DNA of 31,616 bases from Elusimicrobiota bacterium (GTDB lineage Bacteria > Elusimicrobiota > Elusimicrobia > UBA1565): positions 1 to 31,616 of the forward strand of contig JBDREN010000008.1 in assembly GCA_043819795.1 (NCBI GenBank), read 5' to 3'. Position 1 is the first letter of the stretch; each line of letters starts with the position of its first letter. The position numbers and the translations under genes were made by a program. Shown piece after piece: positions 1 through 8,173 of the stretch. The notes beneath the pieces are model-generated. The model was not told the DNA's origin. It did no database searches and was given only the letters and a program-made list of their open reading frames with translations.

Positions 1-152
1 GAGGGGGCGATGGAAACATCAGCGGACCTGGGCGCCCTGGCGCAGGCGCTTAAACGACAATGCGCGGCTCACGGTTGCAAGGTGAGTCAAATTGACCAGT
101 ACTCCGTGTGGATGCGCCATCGCCCTACTCGACCCAACTCGGGGTGAAAAAA

Positions 153-187
153 GGCGGAGACCGCAAGTTCGAATCCCGTCGACCCCG
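153..187 (+). other. Degenerate 3' half of a tRNA (tRNA-Asp-like); possible att-site scar
   Basis: GGCGGAGACCGCAAGTTCGAATCCCGTCGACCCCG has a T-loop GTTCGAATC and a 3' acceptor strand resembling tRNA-Asp ends (..GGTTCGAGTCCCGTC.....CG-CCA). No 5' half, no CCA, and the T-stem is mismatched. Confidence 0.55.
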
Positions 188-203
188 AATCAATTTCTCG
201 GAG

Positions 204-236
204 AAAGGCTGATTTCCAAAGGGAATCGGCCTTTTT
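204..236 (+). terminator. Rho-independent terminator, possibly bidirectional
   Basis: AAAGGCTGATTTCC-AAA-GGGAATCGGCCTTT forms a 14-bp stem with 2 G-U pairs and runs into a T tract. Confidence 0.7.
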
Positions 237-317
237 GTCGGTTCCGCTATAGGGCTCGTTACGAAATAAGTGGATGGATTTTGGACGTCGAGGCGCCCGG
301 CTGGCAAGGCCGTGCGG

Positions 318-2366
318 TCAAGGAGAACGCCCGGTCGCGCGCAGCAGGTTACGCTTGGCTCCGGCGTGGCCCGCCTCCGCCCCCTTGCGGAAGTGGAGCA
401 GCGCCCATCCGATCTTCCCGCGCTCGGCGTAGATCACGCCCAGGTCGTTGCGCGCGTCGCCGTGGTCCGGATCGAGCGAGACCGCCCGCTCAAAGCACTC
501 GATGGCAGGCTCGGGCCGCCCCTGCGACGCGCGCAGGCGGCCCAGCTGGTAGTGGGCCGGGGCCGAGTCCGGGCGCAGCTCGAGGAAGCGGCCCAGGACC
601 TCCGCGGCTCGGTCCGGCCGCCCGCCATCCGCCAGAGCGATAGCGAGGTTCCGGTAGGCGTCGAATTCTCTCGGAGCCAGCGCGATCGCCTTCGCATAGG
701 CTTCCAAGGCCTGCTCCCGCCGGCCCTGTCTCTCCAGGACAGTACCCAGGTTATTGCGGGCCATGACCGACCCGGGATGCAGCCTGAGGGCTTCGCGATA
801 CTGCTCCTCGGCCCCCGCCAGGTCTCCCGACCGGAAAAGGTCCCCCCCAGGTCGTTGTGGGCCCGCCCCCTGGCCTCGGGCGTCCCCAGGCTCAGGACGC
901 GCCGGCGCAAAGGCAAAGCCTCCTGGAACCGGCCCTGCTTGGACAAGGCGGCGGCGAGGGGGACGTAGGCGGGCACATAGTCGGGCTTGAGCTCCATGCA
1001 CCGGCGCAGATGCGCTCCGGCGGAGGCATGCGACCCCCGGTTGAGCAGTGCCGTTCCCAAGTTGTAGTGGGCCATGTAGCTCTTCTCGTCTATGGATAGG
1101 GCATGCCGCCACAGGCTGAGGTCGTCATGCCAGACACCCGCCTGCCTCCACGTCAGCAGTCCGAGGACGAGGAGCGCGGCGGCCGCCAACCCGCGTGCCG
1201 TCGCTCGACTCCGGAAGCGCAGCAACGCCCACCCCCCCAGCGCGGCCCACGGAAGACACGAGAGGTAGGTGTATCGGTCCGCGGCCAGCTGCGGCCCTCT
1301 GGGAAGCACCCCGGTCACGGGCGCGAGAACCGCCAGATAGCAAAGCCACGCGGCCAGCGCCCCCGGCCAGCGTCTTCGCGCGGCGAAGAAGGCGGCCGTG
1401 GCCGCCAGCGTGGCCGCGCCGTGGGCCGAGAAAGCGACCGCCCTATCGTTGAAGTTCGCGGAGGCCTGATAGAGCGGCGATAGATCCAAGGGAAGAAACG
1501 TCTTGCGTACATAGAAGGCGGGCCCGTACAGGAGCAGGGTGATCCGCTCCGGCAGGCCGTGGCGCTCGATGGAGAGACTCGCTTGCGAGCCCCAGAGGGT
1601 GTTCATCCCGGCGATCAGCGCGATCAACAGGAAGGGGAGCTTCTCCAGCCAGACGGCGCGGGCGCCGGGGTCGAGCCAGCGGCGGGGATCCGCAGGCAGC
1701 CGCCGGAGCGGATAGAAATCGAGCGCCACGAAGACCCAAAACAGGCCGACGGTAATCGCCCAGCTCGCCAGCGCGCAGACGAAGAACGCGCCGCAGGCGA
1801 GAAGCCGCGCCAGTCTCTGCCGCGGCCGGACGCGCGCCTCATGGGCGCCCAGATAGCAGAGGCAAGAGCACAGGTAGAACGCTCCGGAAAGGACGTCGTG
1901 GCGAGCGCTGACCCACGCCACCGACTCCGCGCGCAGGGGGTGGATGGAGAAGAGCATGGCCGCGAAACCGGCGGCCAGCCAGGTCCCGAGCGGGTCTCCT
2001 CCGGCGAGGTCGGGCGCGGCGAGCATGAGCAGCCGCCGGGCGAGCACGCAGAACAGGGCGGCGTTGGCCGCGTGCAGGAGCACGTCCGTCAGGTGGTATC
2101 CGCGGGGGTCCATCCCCCAGAGCGCGTGGTCCAGAGCGTAGGACAGCCACGTCAAGGGCTGATAGTGCCCCATCAGGTACGTGGTGAAACTCCACTTGAG
2201 CCGCGTCCAGCCCAGCCCTCGGATAATGCGGGTTGTCGAGCAGGTTGTACGGGTCGTCCCAGAGCAGGAACCGGCCGTCGAGGACCGGCAGGAAGGCCCC
2301 GAAGGTGATCAGGCCGGCCAGGAGCGGCAGCTGCCAGCGCAGTCCTTCCCTCGATTCAGGAGACAT
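318..2366 (-). pseudogene. TMTC-like membrane glycosyltransferase (GT-C) with C-terminal TPR repeats, split by two frameshifts
   Basis: Three ORFs join into one protein. N-terminus with WDD motif (2366..~2222); YQPLTWLSYALD..GYHLTD..HPLRAESVAWVSAR..ADRYTYL core (~2221..~845); TPR tail (~845..318). Shifts are an extra base at 2221-2222 and a missing base at or next to the C7 run 842-848. Could be assembly errors. Confidence 0.8.
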
Positions 2367-2445
2367 ATCGGACAGGATGACCCGGGCCTGCGGCGATGCA
2401 TCCCCGGCACGAGCGCTCTCCAGGCAGGGCGAGCACCGCCCGCCC

Positions 2446-3219
2446 CTACTCGGGCTTGACGGGGTCGCGATCCCGCTCCTCTTCCTCGATGCGCTTCTCC
2501 TCGAGCACGGCGTCGTAGTGCTCGATGTCGCCGAGCTTGCCGCGCTTGCGCTCGTCGATCATGGCGAACGTCGTGGCGCGTCCGTAAAGGATGAGGGTGT
2601 CTCCGGCGACCGCCTTGGACTGGGGGTCGGGGATCCCGCGGTAGGTCCCGTCGCGGCGCCTGATCCCGAGGACGAGCACGCCCTCTTCCCGCAAGCCGAC
2701 CTTCTCGAGCGTCTCTCCCTCGAGCCAGTCCCCGGGCTCGATCAACAGCTCGGAGACCTGGTATTCGCCGGCCAGCTGCAGAAGAGCCGCGTAATCCTGG
2801 ACGTCGAGACGGGTGTAACGCTTCAGGAGATGATTGACGACCCGGTACAGGAGCCGGTCCGCCCATCGGCTCGTGGCGAACAGCCACAACACGACGATGC
2901 CCGCGAGAAGCAGGGAGATCTTGACGGCCACGGAGCCCGCGCCCTCGGAGCGCATGAACGTCAGGATCAGAGACGAGACGGCGGTCGCGACTCCGGCGTG
3001 TCCGAGCACCATGAGGATCAGCACGATCCGGCGGCGCACCGGATGGTTCACCACGCTCTCGGACTCGGACGTCGTGAACCCCACGCCGGAGAAGGCCGAC
3101 AAGGACTGCAGTTTGGCGCTCTCCCGCGAGAGTCCCGTAAAGGTGAGCGCGATGGTGGCGATCCTCGTGACGACGATCATGAGGGTCAGGATGAGCAACA
3201 GAGAGAGGACCGGGAACAT
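2446..3219 (-). CDS. Membrane protein with TrkA-C (RCK_C) domain
   Basis: N-terminal TM helices with SAFSGVGFTTSESE..HPVRRRI motif; C-terminal GETLEKVGLREEGVLVLGIRR..GDTLILYG RCK_C pattern. Confidence 0.8.
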   Translation of the reverse strand: MFPVLSLLLILTLMIVVTRIATIALTFTGLSRESAKLQSLSAFSGVGFTTSESESVVNHPVRRRIVLILMVLGHAGVATAVSSLILTFMRSEGAGSVAVKISLLLAGIVVLWLFATSRWADRLLYRVVNHLLKRYTRLDVQDYAALLQLAGEYQVSELLIEPGDWLEGETLEKVGLREEGVLVLGIRRRDGTYRGIPDPQSKAVAGDTLILYGRATTFAMIDERKRGKLGDIEHYDAVLEEKRIEEEERDRDPVKPE

Positions 3220-3294
3220 GCCTTAGAGGCTCCGCGGCCCAGATGATAGCTTTTTTTCGCGGGCCTGTTCCCCGGCCTCCGTTCGCGATGGCGG

Positions 3295-3324
3295 TTGACA
3301 GAGTACACCTCTCTTGGGTAAGGT
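3295..3324 (+). promoter_or_regulatory. Putative sigma70 promoter for the CNNM pair
   Basis: TTGACA-18 nt-TAAGGT, ending 35 nt before the ATG at 3360. Confidence 0.5.
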
Positions 3325-3359
3325 GATGTGTCGGACGAAGGCCAGCCTTTCCTCCAACG

Positions 3360-4322
3360 ATGTTCGCCATCATAGTCATTATCCTCGTCAGCCTTCTGGG
3401 CGTGCTCCTCTGCTCCCTCTCCGAGGCCGCCCTCTACGCCATCTCGCGCAGCCGGATCGAAACGCTGCGGCGGCTCCGGCATGCGGGGGGAGAGAGGCTG
3501 GCCCGGCTGCGCGACCACGTCGAGGATCCCATCGCGGCCATCCTGATCGTGAACACGGCCGTGATGACCCTGGGCGCCATCTGGTCCGGAGCCCTTGTCG
3601 AGAGGCACTACGGCGACTTCTGGATGGGGGTCTATTCCGCCGGCTTCACCGTCGCGGTGCTCTTCATCAGCGAGATCGTGCCCAAGAGCCTGGGGGTCCG
3701 GTTCGCCGACAGCGTGGCCCCGGCCGTGGCTTGGCCGCTCCAGATCCTCGTCTGGCTGATGTGGCCGTTGGTGAAGGCCGCCAGCGTCCTGACCCACCTT
3801 TTCGGGAAGACCATCCGGATATCCCACCCCACGGAGGAGGACCTCATCAGCATGACGCTGCTGAGCGAGGCGGGCGGAAAGATCCTGCCCCAGGAACTGC
3901 GGTGGGTCCGGAACATCCTGCGCCTCAACGACATCAAGACGCGCGACATCATGACGCCCTACGCCAGGATCAAGCGCCTGCCCGCCTCCCTGCCGCTGTC
4001 CAAGACCAGCGCGGACGCGGAGCACTGGCGCTACAGCCGGGTCCTGCTCGCCAAGGACGACGAGCCCGACACGATCCTGGGCTACGTCCCCCGGCGGAGC
4101 GTGTTCGCCGCGTTGGCGCGGCGCAGCCCCGAGACCACTCTGCGAAGCCTCATGCGGCCCGTGCACGTTGTGCGCGACGACCGGCCGTCCCACGAGCTCG
4201 TCGATTTCTTCGTCAGGCACAAAGACCAGATCGCCGTGGTCCAAAACGCCGCCGGCAAGCTGGTCGGGGTCGTCACTTTGGAGGACGTGCTGGAGGACAT
4301 GATCGGCGCGGAGATCGACTAG
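3360..4322 (+). CDS. CNNM/DUF21 plus CBS-pair protein (CorB/TlyC family), copy 1
   Basis: SLSEAAL, ILIVNT, SEIVPKSLG TM motifs; DIMTP..YSRV..GVVTLEDVLEDMIG CBS pair; no C-terminal CorC domain. Confidence 0.9.
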   Translation: MFAIIVIILVSLLGVLLCSLSEAALYAISRSRIETLRRLRHAGGERLARLRDHVEDPIAAILIVNTAVMTLGAIWSGALVERHYGDFWMGVYSAGFTVAVLFISEIVPKSLGVRFADSVAPAVAWPLQILVWLMWPLVKAASVLTHLFGKTIRISHPTEEDLISMTLLSEAGGKILPQELRWVRNILRLNDIKTRDIMTPYARIKRLPASLPLSKTSADAEHWRYSRVLLAKDDEPDTILGYVPRRSVFAALARRSPETTLRSLMRPVHVVRDDRPSHELVDFFVRHKDQIAVVQNAAGKLVGVVTLEDVLEDMIGAEID

Positions 4323-5285
4323 ATGACTTTGGTCGCGATCATCGTAGGGGTAAGCCTCGGCGGGTCCTTTTTCTGCTCGCTGATGGAGGCCGCCCTGTAC
4401 TCCGTCCCTTTGAGCCGGATCGAGACCCTGCGCCGCCTCCGGAGGCCCGGAGGCGAACGCCTGGCCGTCCTCCGCCAGAACGTGAACCAGCCCATCGCCG
4501 CGATCCTCGCGATGAATACGGTGTTCAACGCCATGGGAGGCGTATTGGCCGGCGCGCTGGTGCAGCTCCGCTACGGGGACCACTGGCTCATGCCCTTCTC
4601 GCTCGTCTTCACCGCCGCCATCCTGGTGTTCAGCGAGATCACCCCAAAGAGCCTGGGCGTCCGGTTCGCCGACAGAGTGGCCCCCCGCATCGCCCGGCCC
4701 CTCCAGTTCCTGGTCTGGGCGCTGTGGCCCTATGTCTGGGTCGCCGAGGGCCTCACCAGACTTTTCGGAGAGTCGGCCCGCATCTCCGCGCCCACGGAAG
4801 AGGACATCGTCAGCGCCGTCCTTCTCAGCCTGGCGGGCGGGAAGATCCTGCCGCAGGAGGCGCGCTGGCTGAGGAACGCCCTCCGGCTCAACGACATCAA
4901 GACGCGGGACATCATGACGCCGTACTCCAAGATCCGCCGGGTCCCGGAGAAGATGCCGCTCTCCATGACCAAGGTCGAGGCGGCCCATTGGCGCTTCAAG
5001 CGCATCCTGGTCTGCAAGAGCGACTCGCCCGACACGATCGTGGGAGTGGTCTACCGGCACACCGTCTTCCGCGCCATCATGGACCGCAAGCCGGACGCCA
5101 CCATGGCGGACCTTATGCGCCCCGTACGCTTCGTCCGGGACGACCTCCCCATCACGGACCTCCTCAACCTCTTCCTCCGGTACAAGACCCAGATCGCCGC
5201 GGTCGAGGACGGCAGGGCCAGGCTGGTGGGCGTGGTGACGCTGGAGGACGTGCTGGAGGACATGATCGGCGCGGAGATCGAATAG
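4323..5285 (+). CDS. CNNM/DUF21 plus CBS-pair protein (CorB/TlyC family), copy 2
   Basis: Same length (320 aa) and motifs as copy 1; ATG directly abuts the upstream TAG. Confidence 0.9.
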   Translation: MTLVAIIVGVSLGGSFFCSLMEAALYSVPLSRIETLRRLRRPGGERLAVLRQNVNQPIAAILAMNTVFNAMGGVLAGALVQLRYGDHWLMPFSLVFTAAILVFSEITPKSLGVRFADRVAPRIARPLQFLVWALWPYVWVAEGLTRLFGESARISAPTEEDIVSAVLLSLAGGKILPQEARWLRNALRLNDIKTRDIMTPYSKIRRVPEKMPLSMTKVEAAHWRFKRILVCKSDSPDTIVGVVYRHTVFRAIMDRKPDATMADLMRPVRFVRDDLPITDLLNLFLRYKTQIAAVEDGRARLVGVVTLEDVLEDMIGAEIE

Positions 5286-5296
5286 CCCGGCGCGTC

Positions 5297-6226
5297 CTAC
5301 AGCGAGAAGGCGAAGCCGAAGCCGAAATACCTCGTCCGGAGCCGGTAGAACTGCCCGTGCGGGATCTGGCCGGTGTAGTACTCCGCGAACAGCCGGACCG
5401 AGCGGGCCTCCTGATACGGGCTGGAGAACAACAGCCCCGTCTTGACGCCGAGGCTCCCGATCCAGGCCGTCTCCTGCCAGGCGGACCACTCGATCCCGGC
5501 GATCAGCCTGCCCCCGAGGATCGCCGCGTCCCGCCCCAGATGCTCGACGCCCGCCTGGATGCGTTGCCTCTTGAGCGGAGTGACCGTCGACAGGATGCGC
5601 GAGGGCCCTCCGTAGACCCGGAGCTGCTTGGAGTCCCATGAGACGAGCGCCTCCAGGACCTCGAAGCTGAGGTTGATGCGCTCGACCGCGATCGGCTGCG
5701 AGGTCAGCAGGAACTCGTCGCCCAGGTGCGACGATTGGTGGTATAGGCGCGCCCGCGCCGACCAGCGGCCCCGGCGGAAGCTCAAGGGGAACCCGATCAC
5801 GTAGTCGGCGTTCAGCAGGTCGTGCGACTCCGCGTCCAGGTTGAAGACGGCGAAGACGCCCCCGCTGACCCCGATCTGCCAGCCCTCGCCTTCACGCGCG
5901 CCGAGCCGGCGCACCAGCCCGACATTCTCGCCGAACCCGACCGAGCCGACCTTGTAGGAGCCGAAGTCGGTCCTGTACGCCTGCCAGCTCGCGAAGAACC
6001 GCGGCTGCTTCTGGTCGGCCAGGGGCGGAGCGAAAATGTCCCCGATGGGGAAAAACACCGCCCTCCGGCCCGGCCGCGGCTCCTTCCAGGCCCCCCAAGA
6101 CCTCCACTGCGTCTCGAGCTTCCCGCGAGGGGAGGGACCTTCCCCGGACTCGGCGCCCGATGACGCGCAGGGCAGCGCGGCGCAGACGCCCATGACGGCG
6201 CCGGCGAGCAGGGCGCGGGCCCGCAT
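5297..6226 (-). CDS. DUF1207-like exported protein, probable outer-membrane beta-barrel
   Basis: Start MRARALLAG overlaps the corA stop (TGATG). Signal-peptide-like N-terminus; FAPPLADQKQPRF, LLNADYVIG and YHQSSHLGDEF motifs; C-terminal YFGFGFAFSL. Confidence 0.7.
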   Translation of the reverse strand: MRARALLAGAVMGVCAALPCASSGAESGEGPSPRGKLETQWRSWGAWKEPRPGRRAVFFPIGDIFAPPLADQKQPRFFASWQAYRTDFGSYKVGSVGFGENVGLVRRLGAREGEGWQIGVSGGVFAVFNLDAESHDLLNADYVIGFPLSFRRGRWSARARLYHQSSHLGDEFLLTSQPIAVERINLSFEVLEALVSWDSKQLRVYGGPSRILSTVTPLKRQRIQAGVEHLGRDAAILGGRLIAGIEWSAWQETAWIGSLGVKTGLLFSSPYQEARSVRLFAEYYTGQIPHGQFYRLRTRYFGFGFAFSL

Positions 6227-7293
6227 CAAAGCCAGCCCTTCCTCCGGAAGTGGAGCGCCATCCCCCCTCCCACGGCGAAGACGGCGACCCAGAACATCGC
6301 GTAGCCCCAGTGGAGCTTGAGCTCCGGGATGTAGTCGAAGTTCATCCCATAGATCCCGGCGAGAAAGGTCAGCGGGATGAATATGGCGGCGAAGATGGTC
6401 AGGGTCTTCATGACCTCGTTCATCTTGTTGCTCACGCTCGACAGATAGACGTCCATGAGCCCCGAGAGCATCTCCCGGTAGGAATCGATCGCTTCCACGA
6501 TCTGCACCGTATGGTCGTAGAGGTCCCTGAGGTAGACGATGGTCTCCTGATCGATGAGCGCGTGGTCGGCCTTTTGGAGCCGGTTGACGGCCTCCCGGAG
6601 CGGCCACACGGCCTTGCGCAGGTGGATCATCTCGCGCTGGAGCCTATTGATGGTGGTCAGGAGCTCGGGCGAGGCCGCGTCGATGACCCGCTCCTCGAGC
6701 GCCTCGATCCGGTCGCCGATGCGCTCGACCACGCTGAAGTATTCGTCCACGACCGCGTCCGTGAGGGCGTAGGCCAGGTAGTCGGGTCCGGCCCGCCGGA
6801 TGCGGCCCTTGGCCTTGCGGATCCTGTCGCGCACCCCGTCGAACACGTCGCCGGGGCGCTCCTGGAACGAGATGAGGTGGTTCTTGCCGAACACGACGGC
6901 CACGTTCTCGGCCGTGAGGATCTCCCGCGCGTCGTCATAGCGGAGCATTTTGAGGACGAGGAAGATGTGCCGCTCGTGCTCCTCCATCTTGGGACGTTGG
7001 CCGGTATGGAGGATGTCCTCCAGCAGCAGCGCGTGCAGGCCGAACATGCTCCCGAGCTCCTCGATCCGGGCGACATCGTGGAGCCCGCATACGTCCAGCC
7101 AGGTCACGGTCGCGCTCTCGCTGAAGGGCCTGCAGTCGGAGAGCCTGTCGACGCGCCGCTCGTCCAGGCGATCCGCATCGTAGTCCATCACCTTCACGGT
7201 GACCGGATCGCCTCTATGCGAGCCCGTATAGACCAAAGCTCCCGGCGGGGAACTCTGGGACTTTTTCGACATCCGCTTGATCAGCCTCGCCAT
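6226..7293 (-). CDS. corA: Magnesium/cobalt transporter CorA
   Basis: LEDILHTGQRPK and MNEVMKTLT..FIPLTFLAGIYGMNF (GMN signature); GGAGG RBS upstream. Confidence 0.97.
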   Translation of the reverse strand: MARLIKRMSKKSQSSPPGALVYTGSHRGDPVTVKVMDYDADRLDERRVDRLSDCRPFSESATVTWLDVCGLHDVARIEELGSMFGLHALLLEDILHTGQRPKMEEHERHIFLVLKMLRYDDAREILTAENVAVVFGKNHLISFQERPGDVFDGVRDRIRKAKGRIRRAGPDYLAYALTDAVVDEYFSVVERIGDRIEALEERVIDAASPELLTTINRLQREMIHLRKAVWPLREAVNRLQKADHALIDQETIVYLRDLYDHTVQIVEAIDSYREMLSGLMDVYLSSVSNKMNEVMKTLTIFAAIFIPLTFLAGIYGMNFDYIPELKLHWGYAMFWVAVFAVGGGMALHFRRKGWL

Positions 7294-7407
7294 CGCCGCG
7301 TTCCCTCCGTCATGACAAAAAGTCCCCTGGGGAGATCCCGCTCCGCGCCTCTTGCTCCGGCGGGCGCAGCGCCCCGATTCGGCGCTCCCATCTTGTCACT
7401 TAAGCAA

Positions 7408-7790
7408 ATCGTGGAGCCAAAGGCGAGGCTCTGCGCGCCAGGTTCCGGATCATCTCGCTCCGGCACAGGTCTACGGAGCCGTCCCGGAATCTTGAGACGG
7501 GGATTGACGCTGTTTCCAATACGTTGGTGGTGGAGCCGGAACGGGAATCCCCGGAATCGTCCCGCCGCGTCCGCCGCGCCTCGTGGACAAATCCTCCGCG
7601 GAAGCTCCGCTTGACGGCCGATGTCAATATACTCCGTCGCCACGCCGGAGCGAACGCCGTGCTGGAAATCTCCGAGGATCTCGCGGACGTGCGCCTGAGC
7701 TTCTCAGCCCCGCAGAGGCCGCTCGCCCCGAGGCGAGCGGCCGTGTTCTACCGAGGCGCGCAGGTCCTCGAAGGCGGCATCATCCGACGA
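7408..7790 (+). pseudogene. mnmA: Decayed C-terminal fragment of tRNA 2-thiouridylase MnmA
   Basis: Translates as IVEPKARL..G..GLRSRPGI, then after a frameshift GIDAVSNTLVV..W..VNILRRH..FSAPQRPLAPRRAAVFYRGAQVLEGGII. This follows the MnmA pattern IDxxxNxxVVG..KIRYRH..FxxPQRAxTPGQxAVFYxGxxVLGGGxI. No start or N-terminal domain. Confidence 0.75.
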
Positions 7791-7791
7791 C

Positions 7792-8172
7792 TCACCCCTT
7801 CGCGTAGCTCTCCGGGTCGTCCTTGAACTTCCCGCCGCAACCCGGGCAGCAGAAGTAATAGGCCTTGCCCTTGTACTCGGCGACCTGCGTGTCGGCCTTG
7901 ACCTTGAAGGTCGAGCCCATGACCGGGCACGTCGCCTCCCGGCCGACCTCGGAGGCGAGCGCCTCGCGGAGGGTCACGATTGCTCCGGACGCGTCTTCGG
8001 CGGCCTCCGGGGCCTCCTTTTGCGCCTCCATCCCGGCCTGGGCGCTCCCGGCGGCCTCGGCGGCGGGCGCCGCTCCGTGCTCACGGCCGCCGCTCTCCGG
8101 GCCCGAGCCCTGTCCGCATCCGGCCAGCATGGCGGCGAGGAACGCCGCCGCTCCTATGTTGATGCGATTCAT
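7792..8172 (-). CDS. YHS-domain lipoprotein
   Basis: Lipobox MLAGC; low-complexity Ala/Glu linker; ATCPVMG..YKGKAYYFCCPGCGGKFKDDPESY. Confidence 0.85.
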   Translation of the reverse strand: MNRINIGAAAFLAAMLAGCGQGSGPESGGREHGAAPAAEAAGSAQAGMEAQKEAPEAAEDASGAIVTLREALASEVGREATCPVMGSTFKVKADTQVAEYKGKAYYFCCPGCGGKFKDDPESYAKG

Positions 8173-8173
8173 C

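Noticed and set aside
10..147. Stand-alone 45-aa small protein
   Set aside because: The frame is open to the window edge, so it may be the tail of an upstream gene; no recognisable motif.
230..262. Fifth ECF promoter copy (GTAAC at 262-258, minus strand)
   Set aside because: The -10 position reads CCGAC rather than RCAC, and no gene start follows.
7400..7422. Sigma54 promoter for corA (TGGCTCCACGATTTGC)
   Set aside because: GG-to-GC distance is 11 nt rather than the required 10.
7294..7520. M-box (ykoK) or other Mg riboswitch upstream of corA
   Set aside because: No M-box consensus blocks are recognisable, and most of the region is explained by the mnmA remnant. Only a weak hairpin plus T run at about 7316-7335 remains.
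7526..7560. tmRNA-like 3' end (CGGCTCCACCA) on the minus strand
   Set aside because: No GTTCRA T-loop in register; it coincides with mnmA remnant codons.
7611..7627. TTGAC-N7-GTCAA inverted repeat as an FNR-type site
   Set aside because: Wrong spacer, and it lies inside the mnmA remnant coding frame.
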